Part shown: piece after piece, positions 38,114-52,283 of the stretch
Layout: each line of letters begins with the position of its first letter
How positions within the stretch are numbered: the stretch's first letter is position 1
DNA from: Lingula anatina
Taxonomy: Eukaryota > Animalia > Brachiopoda
NCBI GenBank assembly: GCA_051362555.1
Contig: CM120645.1
Location: 12,152,001-12,216,000, forward strand
Length of the DNA stretch: 64,000 nt
Reading direction: 5' to 3'
Translations under genes and position numbers: made by a program
The notes under the pieces: model-generated
Databases searched by the model: none
What the model was told of the DNA's origin: nothing
What the model saw: the letters and a program-made list of their open reading frames with translations, nothing else

Positions 38114-39155
38114 GATAATGAGGAACAAATGCTGGCCAAATGAAAAAATGTAATACCCTGTGAGTGTCCGTTTGGAATGTTTATACATTACATACGCTCA
38201 TGTTAAAACAGAATTGCATTTGCAATCATGGTGAATAACATGCTTTGTGTTATATTGTAATGCAGTTTGCTTTTGTAATTACCATAGCTGTGTGTAGCTT
38301 GTTTGCTTTAATGTATCTGTGGATCCACAAAACAAGAAAGTAAAGTATAAACTGTACTTAACTTGATTTGAAAGCTAGTACACAATGATACACAGAACGT
38401 ACATATGAAGTTGGTGCATCATACTTAAGATCGCACATGTACTGTGTATACATGCATGCTGAATTCATATAACGACAATGTTACAAGCTAATTTTAACAA
38501 TAAAACAGGGACGAATGATATTAATAACAACCAAGTATTCGAATCGTTCTTCTCGGGAAAAAAAGATGCAATTTAGAACACTCGTCCAGTATGCACAGTC
38601 GTTAATTAGATGTGAGAAATAATAAAAAACTTCAAAGTCTGCTTTATGGATCAGTTGCCACATTGAATCAATTATCTGCATCTTATTTAACTATACTGTA
38701 TATATTTTACATTTGCGAATGCCACGATGTACATGTCTTACTGCAAGCAGCATAGTGTCGTTATTTTAAAGGCACTGGTTGTACATGCAGGCATAAGGAT
38801 GAATGAATATTTAGAATTTCTGGGAGAAATTTCTGTGGGAAGGCCCTCTCGTGTTGTTGAAGAAAGATGATTATTCACATATGCTATACAGTCGAATTCC
38901 GTCTATTTCATAGGTTTAACAACACCAGTTGAATGCAAGCACTATGATAATAATCTTGAATAACAGAACAGCCCTCATCAGTTAAAACCTAAATAGCGTG
39001 AGTGATAAAATAATTTATGAAAATATGTCTGCACAGTTTCAAATTATCTAATATCATCTTAACTCCAGTCAATAACACCTAGACCCCACACAATTTCCTA
39101 TTTATGTATTTCCATGATTTTTCGAGACCTTCGTTGCCCATCACTTGCTGAAGCT

Positions 39156-40452
39156 TTAACAATGGGAATATATGCCCGATACTTGATTGCTGAGTTCTCT
39201 TTTGCAATCCTTAAAATGCTCAAGCTTACATTTGCTGAGCACCGCGATTGCTCGACGGAAGAGCGACACCTCACGATCAAAGTCTGACCCTTGTAACAAA
39301 ACAGTGTTTCGTAACTTGGTAAGGAAGTGGTTATATAACTGATAGTCAGCTTTGCTCCACATCCCATGTTTCTTCAATGTCATTTCATCGTTCACGTTTT
39401 TGTATTCATATTCCCGTTTATTTCTTACAGCATATAAGATGTCGTCCATGTCCCAGCATAGCAAACGGCGTAGTAACACCAAACTTTCATCAAACATTTC
39501 TAAGACGATTACAAAATCGAATTTCTGTTCCAAGAAACTGATGTACTCAGCAATAAATCTGTCGTTGTTCCTGAGATCAGTTCTATCATCTGGGAACCCG
39601 TACACATACATCATGCCGTTTCTCAAGAAGCCTATATGGTTTGTGACATAGTCGTCGGTCCAATACCTGTATGGATTTTCCATAAATTCCACGATAGGGT
39701 TCGTGAAGTTTTCCATATTGAATATCTCCGCAATACGAAAAAAATTGAAGGCGCTTTGAAACTGGGAAAATGGTTCGCGAACTATTCCGATATAAAACGT
39801 ATCATTTGGCATCATGCTTTCTATTACTTTTGAGTCAAAAAACATATGTTTGAAAATGATATCATACGTTATATTTGGGTTATAGTTGGCGTCGCTTTCA
39901 GTTATTTTCCTCCGGATCATATCCTTTCTAGATGTCCATGGGTGAAAAAATTTGCCTTTAGGATGCAGAGGTCTTAATGTATATTTACGGGTAGCCTGTT
40001 GTAAAATCTTAGCCACGGTAGATGAACCGCATTTATGCACTTTTAGAAACATAATATGTCGGGTAGGCTGGCATTGTCCTTTTGGGAGGCATTTTATGGG
40101 AGATACGTTGTAGGCAGACTGCGACAGGGAATGCTGAATGTTCCTAATTCCACCTGCAAGCATTATTATTATTAATATTATTATTATTATTATTAGGAAA
40201 GGAAGAGCATCTTTAAAGAATCAGTGACGAATTGATACGTATTATTTTTTATCTTTCGGTGCATTAGACTGATGCTTGTTATTCATACACAAGGTGAAAA
40301 GTCGTCCTACCTTTAATATCACTTCGGTGTGGAGGTGGTGACAATGGGTCAGGAGTCAATATAGGACTTCTCATAAGACGTGAAAATAACAAGTAGATCG
40401 CAATGCACAGGAAACAAGGCACCAAAGCGACTAAATTTTTTCTTGTCGACAT
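39156..40452 (-). CDS. Galactose-3-O-sulfotransferase-like protein, copy 1 (379 aa)
   Basis: Exons 40452-40311 (type II signal-anchor and Pro-rich stem) and 40153-39156. PAPS-binding motifs FLKVHKCGSST and IVREPFSQFQSAF, plus family motifs FDESLVLLRRLLCW and ADYQLYNHF. Confidence 0.9.
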
Positions 40453-41649
40453 GGTCAAGATCAACTGACGTAGTACAAGTAAATTTAATCACATCATTAA
40501 TAATCCCTCCGTTGCTGTCGGATTGTGCAAGCTACAACAATTACTCTAAACGAATGCTGTGTCGTCGTCTAAAGCGATGCATGCGTTTGTTCATATTCAT
40601 ATTTATACTGCATCCTGATGGAGTCTTTTTATTTTGTCAGTAAATGGTAATTATACTGCATTATTTATTTCTGTTTGCATTGACACCATTCATTTTATCT
40701 ACTGAGAATAGCATTAGAAATCAAAGGTTCCAAAATTATTTACATGCTGTTTTGAGGTCTTTAGAAATTCATTATAGTTATCGTTACCCTTAATCACCAT
40801 CCAAATATCGAATTTTTTTTTCCTGCATCTTATTTATCAATAATGCATCTACATTTGCGATGATTTAAAAAAAAATGAAAAAAAGCCCTCAAAAATGTAA
40901 AATATGAGCGTTTATATTTTTTTCGTTGCAATGTACAAGCATGTCGATTTTCTATCATTCCATGCCCATATCACACCCATTTTGCTCCCAATAACTGATA
41001 AGGCGTAGATAACAAATTCGCTAATTGTGCTGTCTGGACAATGCAGCAAGCCATGGTGCACTTACATAGTATAGCAGTGTTCCATCATACTTTAGATCGC
41101 ACATGTACTGTATACCCATGCATGCTGAATTCATGTAACGACAGTGTTACAAGCTAACGTTAAAAATAAAACAGGGACGAATGATAATAACAACCACCTT
41201 GTATTCGAATCGCCTTTCTCGAAAAAACACATGCAATTTAGAACAGTGCACATCATGCATAGTTATCAATTGAATGTAAGAAATGATGTATAAAATCTTC
41301 AAAGTCTGCTGTATGGATCAGTTACCGCCTTGAATCAAATATCTTCATTTTATTTAAATATATATTTTTACTTTTGCGATCATACAGCCACAATGTCTCA
41401 CAACGGGCAGCATACTGTCGTTATTCTTAAAGGTACTGGTTGTATATGCAGGCATAAGGATGAATGAATATTTAGAATTTCTGGGAGAGATTTCTGTGGG
41501 AAGGCCCTCTCGTGTTGTTGAAGAAAGATGATTATACACATTCATTGTAACCCCAGTCATTAACAACTAGACCGCCACACATTTTCATATACACTGTATG
41601 TATTTCCATGATTTTTTTAGACCTTCGTTGCCCATCACTTGCTTAAGCT

Positions 41650-42669
41650 TTAACAATGGGAATATATGCCCGATACTTTACTGCTGAGTTCTTTTTTGCA
41701 ATCCTTAAAATGCTCAAGCTTACATTTGCTCAGTGCCGCGATTGCTTGACGGAAGAGCGACACCTCACGATAAAAGCCTGACCCTTGCAACAAAACAGTG
41801 TTCCGTAATTTGGCAAAGAAGTGGTTATATAACTGATAGTCAGCTTTGCTCCACATCCCATGTTTCTTCATAGTAATTTCATCGTTCACGTTTTTGTATT
41901 CATATTCCCGTTTGTTTCTTACAGCATATAAGATGTCGTCCATGTCCCAGCATAGCAAGCGGCGTAGTAACACCAAACTTTCATCAAACATTTCTAAGAC
42001 GATTACAAAATCGAATTTCTGTTCCAAGAACCCGATGTATTCAGCAATAAATCTGTCGTTGTTCCTGAGATCAGTTCTATCATCTGGGAATCCGTACTCA
42101 TACATCATGCCGTTTCTCAAGAACCCAACGTGACTTGTAACATAGTCGTCGGTCCAATACTTGTATGGATTTTCCATAAATTTCACGATAGGGTTCGTGA
42201 AGTTTTTCATATTGAATATCTCTGCAATGTGATAATAGCTAAAGGCGCTTTTAAACTGGGAAAATGGCTCCCGAACTATTCCGATATAAAACGTATCTTT
42301 TGGCATCATGGTTTCTATCACCTTTGAGTAAAAAAAATATGGTTAAAAATTATATCATACGTTATATTCGGGTTATAATTTGCGTCGTTCACAGTTATTT
42401 TCCTCCGGATCATATCCGTTCTAGATGTCCATGGGTAAAAAAATGAGTTGTGTTTAGGATGCAGAGGTCTTAATTTATATTTACGGGTAGCCTGTTGTAA
42501 AATCTTAGTCACCGTAGATGAACCGCATTTATGAACTTTTAGAAACATAATATGACGGGTGGGCTGGCATTGTCCTTTTGGGAGGCATTTTATAGGAGAT
42601 AAGTTGTAGGCAGACTGCGACAGTGAATACAGAATGTCCCTACTTCCACCTGCAAGCATAATAATAATA

Positions 42670-42702
<33 letters not shown>

Positions 42703-42966
42703 TGGAAAAGAAGAGCCTCTTTAAAGAACCAGTGACGAATTGACACGTATAATCTAGTAACTTTCGGAGCTTTAGACTGATGCTTCTTAAAATCATTCAT
42801 GCACTAGGTGAAAAGTCGTCCTACCTTCAAGATCACTTCGGTGTGGAGGTGGCGACAATGGGTCAGGAGTCAATACAGGACCTCTCATAAAACGTGGAAA
42901 TAACAAGTAGACCGCAATGCACAGGAAACACGGCACCACAGCGACTAAAATTTTTCTCGTCGACAT
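41650..42966 (-). pseudogene. Galactose-3-O-sulfotransferase-like copy 2 with a 1-bp frameshift (pseudogene or homopolymer error)
   Basis: Exons 42966-42825 and 42649-41650. Exon 2 is 1,000 nt versus 1,001 nt in copy 3, with the break at the A8 run 42330-42337; otherwise intact. Confidence 0.7.
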
Positions 42967-44411
42967 GGTCAAAATCAACTGACGTAGTACAACTAAATTT
43001 AATCACATCATTAACAATCCTTCTGTTGCTGTCGGATTCTGCAAGCTACAACAATTACTCTAAACGAATGCTGTGTCGTCGTCTAAAGCGATGCATGCTT
43101 TTGTTCACATTCATATTTATACTGCATCCTGATGGAGGCTTTTTATTTTGTCAGTAAATGGTAATTATACTGCATTATTCATTTCTGTCTGCATTGACAC
43201 CGTTCATTTTATCTTCTAAGAATAGCATTAAAAACCAAAGGTTCAAAAATTATTAACATGTTGTTATGAGGTCTTTAGAAATCCATTATGGTTATTGTAA
43301 CCCTTAATCACCATTGAAATACCGAAACTTTTTCCTGCATCTTATTATTCAATACTGCATCTACATTTGCGCTGATTTAAAAAAAAATGAAAAAAAGCCA
43401 TCAAAAATGTAAAATATGAGAATTTATATTTTTTCGTTGCAATGTACAAGCATGTCGATTTCCTATCATTCCATGCCCATATTACACCCATTTTGTTTAG
43501 CAATATCTGATAACAAATTCGCTAATTGTGCTGTCTGGACAATGCAGCAAGCCATGGTGCACTTACATAGAATAGCAGTGTTCCATCATACTTTAGATCG
43601 CACATGTACTGTATACCCATGCATGCTGGATTCATGTAACGGCAATGTTACAAGCTAACGTTAACAATAAAACAGGGACGAATGATAATAACAACCACCA
43701 TGTATTCGAATCGTCTCCCTAGAAAAAATAGATGCAATTTAGAACAGTGCACATTATGCATAGTTATCAATTGAATGTAAGAAATGATGTATAAAATCTT
43801 CAAATTTTTTTCTATGGGTCACTTGCCACATTGAATCAAATATCGGCATTTTATTTAACTGTATATTTTTACATTTGCGATCGTATAGCCACTTACTATA
43901 GGCAGCATACTGTCGTTATTTTTAAAGGCACTGGTTGTACATGCAGCCATAAATATGAATGAATATCTGGAAAATCTGAGAGAGATTTCTGTGGAAAGGC
44001 ACTCTCGTGTTGTTGAAGAAAGATGATTACGCACAGGTGCTACATACAGTGCCATTCCATCTGTTTCATATTAACGACACCAGTTGATTACAAGCACTAT
44101 AATAACAAGCTTTAAATAACAGAAATAAGGCAGCTTTCATCAATTCAAACCCAAATAGTGTGAGTACAATTCATGAAAATATATCTGCACACTTTAAAAT
44201 TGTCCAATATTATACCAATTCCAATTCTCATCACTACAAGCCCACCTAGCGTGACTATAAAAAACAATCCATATCTGCTAAAGTTTAAAATTATACATTA
44301 TTCAGTTCATTTCTGTATTAGCCACAGTCATTAACCACTACACCGCCACACAGACATTTTCATATATGTATTTCCATGATTTTTTGAGACCTTCGTTGCC
44401 CATCACTTGCT

Positions 44412-45718
44412 TTAACAATGGGAATATATGCCCGATACTTTATTGCTGAGTTCTTTTTTGCAATCCTTAAAATGCTCAAGCTTACATTTGCTGAGCACCG
44501 CGATTGCTTGACGGAAGAGCGACACCTCACGATAAAAGTCCGACCCTTGCAACAAAACAGTGTTCCGTAACTTGGTAAGGAAGTGGTTATATAACTGATA
44601 GTCAGCTTTGCTCCACATCCCATGTTTCTTCAAAGTCATTTCATCGTTCACGTTTTTGTATTGATATTCCCGTTTGTTTCTTACAGCATACAAGATGTCG
44701 TCCATGCCCCAGCATAGCAAGCGGCGTAGTAGCACCAAACTTTCATCCAACATTTCTAAGACGATTACAAAATCGAATTTCTGTTCCAAAAACCCGATGT
44801 ATTCAGCAATAAATCTGTCGTTGTTCCTGAGATCAGTTCTATCATCTGGGAATCCGTACTCATACATCATGCCGTTTCTCAAGAAGCCCACGTGACTTGT
44901 GACATAGTCGTCGGTCCAATACTTGTATGGATTTTCCATAAATTCCACGATAGGGTTCGTGGAGTTTTTCATATTGAATATCTCTGCAATGTGATAATAA
45001 CTGAAGGCGCTTTTAAACTGGGAAAATGGCTCCCGAACTATACCGATATAAAACGTATCATTTGGCATCATGCTTTCTATTACTTTTGAGTCAAAAACCA
45101 TATGTTTGAAAATGATATCATACGTTATATTTGGGTTATAGTTGGCGTCGTTCACGGTTATTTTCCTCCGGATCATATGCTTTCTAGATGTCCATGGGTA
45201 AAAAAATGAGTTGCTTTTAGGATGCAGAGGTCTTAATTTATATTTACGGGTAGCCTGTTGTAATATCTTAGTCATGGTAGATGAACCGCATTTATGCACT
45301 TTTAGAAACATAATATGTCGGGTGGGCTGGCATTGTCCTTTTGGGAGGCATTTTACGGGAGATACGTTGTAGGCAGACTGCGACAGTAAATTCTGAATGT
45401 TCCTAATTTCTCCTGCAAGCAAAATAATAATAATAATTATTATTATTTTTAATTAGGAAAAGAAGAGCCTCTTTAAAGAATCAGTGACGAATTGAAACGT
45501 ATAATGTAGAAACTCTTGGTGCATCAGACTGATGTTTGTTAAAATCATTCATGCACTAGGTGAAAAGTCGCCCTACCTTTAAGATCACTTCGGTGTGGAG
45601 GTGGTGACAATGGGTCAGGAGTCAATACAGGATCAATCATAAAACGTGGAAATAACAAGTAGACCGCAATGCACAGAAAACACGGCACCACAGCGACTAA
45701 AATTTTTCTGGTCGACAT
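44412..45718 (-). CDS. Galactose-3-O-sulfotransferase-like protein, copy 3 (380 aa)
   Basis: Exons 45718-45577 and 45412-44412; same motifs as copy 1. Confidence 0.9.
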
Positions 45719-46739
45719 GGTCAAGATCAACTGACGTAGTACAAGTGCATTTAATCACATCATCAACAATCCTTCCGTTGCTCTCGGTTTATCTAAGCTA
45801 CTACAATTAGTCTAAACGCATGCTGAGTCGTTGTCTACACCGACAAATGCGTTTGTCCATATTCATATTTATTTATTCATCCTGATGGGGGCTTTTAACT
45901 GTGTCAGTAAACGGTAATTATACTGCATTATTCATTTCTGTTTCATTGACACCGTTCATTTTATCTACTGAGAATATCATTAGAAACCAAAGGTTCCAAA
46001 ATTATTTATATGATGTTTTGAGGTCTTTGGACTTCGTTGCTGAGGTCTTTTGGAGAAATCCATTATGGTTATTGTAACCCTTAATTATTATCCGATTACT
46101 GAACAATTCTCCCTGCATCTTATCATCCAATAATGCATCTAGCTTTGTGCTGATTTAAAACAATGAAAAAAGCCCTCGAAAATATACATTATGGGCGTTT
46201 ATATTTTTTTCGTTGCAATGTATAACCAAAGGCAATTCAAAGGTTTAATCCTCAATTTAACCACTCTTTTTTTTGAGGCGAGATAGCAATCGGTATGGGG
46301 CGTAACGTCATCCCTGAACAAGATTTTATGACGAAAAGTGGTAACGGTTAAATGTTGTCGACATCGACAAATCAATCATGCTGTCATATCTAACACAATG
46401 TCACGGTTTATGAATATGTGAGTAGTTTTTGTCAAAGTGAAAACAACATCTCTGGGGTCCGGCATGATTTTAGAAGTTGACAATCAAAAGTTCATTTTGG
46501 AAATTATGAAGAGGTTTAAATCCAAAATTGCTGAGAAATGGCTTCATAAAGCTTTGGAAATCTGAGAGCGGCAGATACCCTTGGTTTAGTGGATTTGTAA
46601 TATTTAGTAAGATTATGGCAGCCAATGCTAATGACCCAGTTTATGGAGACAAACCTGTTTATGTTTCGAGTAGTGGTAGAAAACCCACTTATAAAACCAT
46701 GACCTACTCGTGCATGACTCAATCTCAGTCCAATAATTT

Positions 46740-47310
46740 CTAAAAGAGGGTGTCCTGAAAAAGTTTACTCAGACAACGGTCCTAATTTTGTTGGGGCAAA
46801 GGCTGAACTACAAAGTGGGTTGCAGGAATTGTCTCAAAGTGTAATTCATGTATACGCTTTGAGCAAAAATATAGATTGGACATTAACCCCCCCCCCCCCC
46901 CCCGAGCCTCAGATGGGTGGAGTGTGGGAACGCATAATTTGTTGTGCACGACGAGTTATGGAAGGTTTGTTGTTGTGTCCCGTCAGACGAAATCTTAGAA
47001 ACTGTCTTTGCTGAAGTTGAGTCTATCATTAATAGTAGGCGACTCACAAAACTCAGTGATGATCCAAACGATCCCTTACCTCTGACACCCAAGCATCTGC
47101 TTTTGCTCAAGGAAGTTATCAATTAGCCGCCAGGTAAATCTTGTGATAGAGATATGTTTCGCAAGCGATGGTGACATGTCCAAAACCTTGCAAATTAATT
47201 ATGGTTAAAGTGGCCAAAATTGTATTTACCAGAACTACAAAGGCTTGATAAATCGACTGAATTATGCAAAGATATGTCCGTTGGTGACCTTGTGCTTATT
47301 GTAGGTGAAC
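46740..47310 (+). mobile_element. Degenerate BEL/Pao LTR-retrotransposon integrase fragment
   Basis: Frameshifted translation: SDNGPNFVGA..W...[57 protein letters not shown], typical of the Pao integrase core and C-terminal extension. Confidence 0.85.
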
Positions 47311-47415
47311 AATAAAAGCGGGTGCATACCTGATCTGGGTGCGGTCAGGTTGTTCTTCTCAGAATGTAATAAGGTAAGCTACGTAGAACGCTTTGGATAT
47401 GTGCATTTAGTTGTT

Positions 47416-47965
47416 CAGGCCTTCCCAACTACCAGACTTGGCACCTAAGGATCCTGAATTAACCGGTATATCGGACCACGCTACCCGTTTTCAAGGTGTG
47501 TGTCAGATTGCATTTCGGAGTATCATACCCCAGAACAAATTTGTAGCACGACTGCGGGCTCATCCACGCTCGGCTGAACAACCTTAAACTGTACTCTTAC
47601 TTTAGAGTACTCTATTTTATTGTCTCTATGGGGATATATGTGGACTTTACGACATTCGGTTTGAATGTTTTAACCACTTTTGATAGGGCTTTTTTTGCAT
47701 TGTATTAGATTAATGTGGCAGTCAAAGGTTCATCTAGGTGGCTTTCAAATTTATGCACCCGGTTTAAAATCATATAGCGATTTTACGACAATTGTTTACT
47801 ATCCAATCAAGGTGACAGCCGAGCATGCCAGGGCTCATCCTGTCGGTGTTCTGGCTGATACTCCGAAATGCGATCTGACACACACCTTGAAAACGGGTAG
47901 TGTGGTCCGATATACCGGTTAATTCAGGACCCTTAGGTGCCGAGTCTGGTAGTTGGGTAGGCCTG
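47416..47965. mobile_element. 550-bp MITE with >100-bp TIRs, copy 1
   Basis: CAGGCCTTCCCAACTACCAGAC..CGGAGTATCA versus TGATACTCCG..GTCTGGTAGTTGGGTAGGCCTG; exact 5-bp flanking duplication TTGTT. Confidence 0.9.
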
Positions 47966-48799
47966 TTGTTGATTTATTTCGATATGAATAGATTTTGGTA
48001 AACCGTCATCACCTACTTGTATTTAATTAAGTCAGGTGGTATTGGTATTAAAGTCATCTTTTTTTATATCGATATTTAGTTGACATGTACATTATCCTTT
48101 TAGACGATTCTGTTTTTCCTGGCCGTCACGTTGCTGTACATGTATGCTTAAAAGTTGCCGAATGTTGTGTGAGTATTAGATACTATAGCTATATGATATT
48201 TAAGTTTCATAGTTTATTTGTATTGCAGTTTTTTATGTGTAAGTGTTGCTTTCTCTCGCTCGCTCTCCATTCTTTATTTGCATCTGTATGTACATTTATT
48301 GTATTTCATTTTTTTTAGAGATTCGTTATTTCATTATTGCAATGTATTTATTTATTTATTTTTTTTTTCTGTTTGTTTAGTTTCACCACTACCGATTTCA
48401 CTATCACTACCGATATCACTCCCACTACAACTTCTTTTATGTGCTGCATTACATCATTACGTATTGCGTGAACAATATAGGTGAACTTTAAAGATGTTTG
48501 CGTTTCGAGTTATTGGATTGTAGACAGCAACATTTATATTACTGCTCCCGTCGATCTTTCTGAGAATGCATTCAGTAGTTATTTACCAGAATTGGTAAAC
48601 TTTTCCGTTCATCTATTGACAATCTGCAGTGGTCCCATTTAGAGATTTATTCCTGTTACACCTATGACAGTAATAAAAGTCCGGCCATTTGAAAGTCCTA
48701 TCCTTAGGCAATAATACTGTTAAATGATAAAACTATAAATGTATATGAAATCCTTCTGGTGAGCCATATATCAGACAAAAAATGAGAGGTTTGCAACTT

Positions 48800-48888
48800 C
48801 AGCTCGTCTGTGTAGTGGTTAGCGTGCAAGACCACAAGGTAAGATATCATTAATCGTTCTATTGCATCTATAGGTTCGAGACCTACCT
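48800..48888 (+). mobile_element. Possible tRNA-derived SINE head (degenerate)
   Basis: A-box-like TGTAGTGGTTAGC and B-box-like GGTTCGAGACC with over-long spacing; no clean cloverleaf. Confidence 0.35.
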
Positions 48889-50215
48889 TTAACTTGACCA
48901 TACCCGCCCCCCCCCCTTACTCCTATTTATTACTTGTAGCAAAATTTTTAATGGTGTTTTTAATGTCTAATATGTGTTCGAAATTCCGTGCTCATTACAT
49001 TTACCCTTTTTTTTTTTGTTTTGTTTTGTCTTTTAAGTGTCAAAGCACCAAAATTGCAAAGGGTTATTACAGAACATTATATACATATATTGCAATTTTC
49101 AATTTCTAAACTGTCATGATTTGTCTTAATCTCAGCCCATACTTTCCAAAAGCAAATTTCCATCGAGTTTGAGGTTATTTTTCAATTTCAGCGAGTGTAA
49201 ACCGAAAAATAAATCTAAGAACGGAGATCCCGCGTTTTGTGTAAAGTGATTTTTCTCTTAAGAATAAGCCTTTGAAAAAGAGAGAGAGGGAGAGAAAATA
49301 AGAATTTCGACACAAAACACAAAAGGTACACCCCAGTAGAAAAGGACATGAAATAATATACACTGTACATATACCTCACAGGATGAAAATAAGGGATGCC
49401 TTTGGATGGTGAATTATTTTGTTAAAAAAATATCGGGCAAACCAGGCTCATACATATTGTGCATTGAGGGAGGAGTACGCCAAAAATATGCGCTTACACG
49501 TCAAAATTTGCGTTTACTACTGTAGATGAAGAATACACATAAAATAAATAAATTGTTTTTGTCTTTTCATTAATATGCATATAAACTGCCTATCGGAAAA
49601 CAATGTAAAATATAAAGATAAAATGTTATATAAATTGAATAAAGAAAACGTTAATTATATCTTTAAAACTAGTATGTCTCTATATCTATTTATTCATGTC
49701 ATTTCTTGGTGTAAATTATATAGGACATGCGTTACTAAAATGTCAGGAACGTACGTCCCATTAGGACGTGCATTACTACACGTAGGACTTACATTACTTG
49801 GGAGCCTTTGTCCTACGGACATTGAATCCTAGTGACGTATGTCCTAGGACTTCCATTCCTAGCAATGCATGCCCTATTATTTGCATTCCCAGGACTTAGT
49901 GTTCGGGCGGACTTGCGTTACTAAGACGTGTACTCCTGCCACACCGGTTGTTCTCTTCCTGTCCCAACTATCAATGTTGCCATTTGTGTCGCCCACCTTC
50001 ACTGTTTTTGAGCTCAAATCATACCAATGTCCTGTAATATATCTGGACGGCACGTTTCAAATTTGGCGTGATGGTTAGTTGTTAACCACATGGTTAACCC
50101 AGTCACCTTTTATAGTCATTGGGACATCAGCAAAAATATAAAGAACATCAGTAAATATGTAAGGTGTACTTGGGATATCAACTCTGTGCTTCTTCCTAGC
50201 AGGCGTATTTACCGT

Positions 50216-50404
50216 ATGCCTCAACTGCAATCTGAATCCCAGCAGCTCAACCGTACTGTAGCCAAGATGACCACCCAGCCCAGAGTTACCGTTATAGGGT
50301 TGATTGAAGGAATGACCAGTTTGATCTTTGTCGTTGTTATGGCAGTGTCTTTGTGTAACAATAAGAATTCTCAACGATGAGCGCTGTTTAATTACTGGTT
50401 ATCG

Positions 50405-50451
<47 letters not shown>

Positions 50452-50464
50452 TTTGTCCATCTAT

Positions 50465-50499
<35 letters not shown>

Positions 50500-50713
50500 T
50501 TGTGGTGATTAGCTTATAAATCTAAACTTGCATAAGAACCAAATTGCAGGGAGAAGGCCGGTCTCCTAAATACCCTAAACCCTTTTTTATTTCAGAAGAG
50601 GCCTGGTTAGAACAAATCGCAGGATAAAGCACGGAACAGAAGTCATCTAAACGTATGACAATGGTGTGCCCCAAATGGCGGAGACATGTTTCATCAAAGT
50701 CGAGGATAAAGTG
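50216..50713 (+). pseudogene. Pseudogene copy of the single-pass adaptor-like gene
   Basis: Homology to 36750-37740 spans about 49950-50960. Both donors are mutated GT>AT (50377, 50714), there is a TAC>TAA stop at 50648-50650, and the third coding exon is absent. Confidence 0.85.
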
Positions 50714-50776
50714 ATATCACGGTTCTCTGCGGGAAGTTTTGACCGCTCTAGCATATTTTGTCTTTTAATTTATTCA

Positions 50777-50822
<46 letters not shown>

Positions 50823-51033
50823 GATATACTACTTTCAAATACGAATTTGTATAAAGACGGGCAAGTTATTATTTTATGCATAGCTATCCTGAAATGTGAT
50901 TAATACATCTTACAGAATCATCCACGGGGTCGATGGGAATCTTTCAAGGCCCTAAGTTCAATATTTCATTTTTCTTTCATCTTCAAATATTCCATTGTTC
51001 AAATTCTTTTTTTTTTTTTCGTATTAGTACAGA

Positions 51034-51081
<48 letters not shown>

Positions 51082-52283
51082 GTACAATGTTACAAGATAA
51101 CGTTAACAATAAAACAAGGACGAATGATATTAACAATAACCATGTATTCGAATCGTCTTCCTTGGAAGAATAGATGCAATTTAAAACAGTGTCCTTTATG
51201 CACAGTCGCCTAGTGAATTTGAGAAACGATGAATAAAATCTTCAAGGTCTGTTATATGGATTAGTTGCCGCATTGGATCAAATGTCTGCATTTTATTTAA
51301 CTGCAAGCCCTAAATACGGCGAAATAAAAAAAAAAATCTAGTAGCCAAGGAGTGACTGGGTGGAGTGTTTTGACCAATACCTGGAATGTTATTCCAGATT
51401 GAACTCTAAAAACCTATCCCGAGGAATGCCAATTGAGAGCCCTGGTAGCCGCCAAAAGAAGTCAGGCGTAACATCAACCGTTGCTGTGACTAGAAACTGA
51501 CAATTGGGTCCTTTGTGAGGCATGTAACTCTTTTACAGACGATAATTTGGAAAATAGTGAGATCCAAAATACAGCTTTTAATGGTTATTGTATGACATAG
51601 AATAGGCAATGTATTTTTGTTTGCTTGTTGAATTCGATTAATGAACCAATGTCACAATGACATCAAAGAGATAATAAAAAGTCATTAAAACAGGATTTTA
51701 ATCCTTATTTTCATTTATCAGTCAGCAAAATAGGAAAAAACTGATAAAAAATGATTTGGCAAAAATTCCACATTAAATGTCATGTCTATATATGCATTAG
51801 GTTTAGCATCCCCTGCACACATATTGACTTTTTTATTAAAATAACACATTGATTCTGTTTATATATTCCAAAAATCCATTATGCCTCACATCTTGCTATC
51901 ATATATTTAAAAAAAGAAATATAAAAATAGCTGCACAGGATTTTGCTTAAACGCAAGAGAATATAAACAATTTTGAAAAATGTTCCACTGGCAACTTTAT
52001 TTTATATGAGTACCAGTCATCAATGCTTATATATACATGAAGTTGATCTGTAGGGCATTAGATCGCGCATATGTGCAAGCATGCTGGGTTTGTAACAGCA
52101 ATGTAACAAGGTTATGTTGCAATAAAACAGGCACGAATAATAATGGTACTGAATAATTAACTGCAACCATGTATTTGAATCGTCTTTCTCTCAGAAAAAT
52201 AGATGCAATTTAGAGCAGTGCACATTATGCACAGTTATCAATTGAATGTGAGATAGGATGAATAAAATCTTCAAAGTCTGTTA

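Noticed and set aside
39098-45089. Recurrent antisense and alternative-frame ORFs (MLHIPCFF.., MGCGAKLT..) in each sulfotransferase copy
   Set aside because: By-products of near-identical paralogues; lengths vary and there are no independent gene signals.
48800-48888. Functional tRNA gene
   Set aside because: A and B boxes are present but no convincing acceptor or anticodon stems; kept only as a possible SINE relic.
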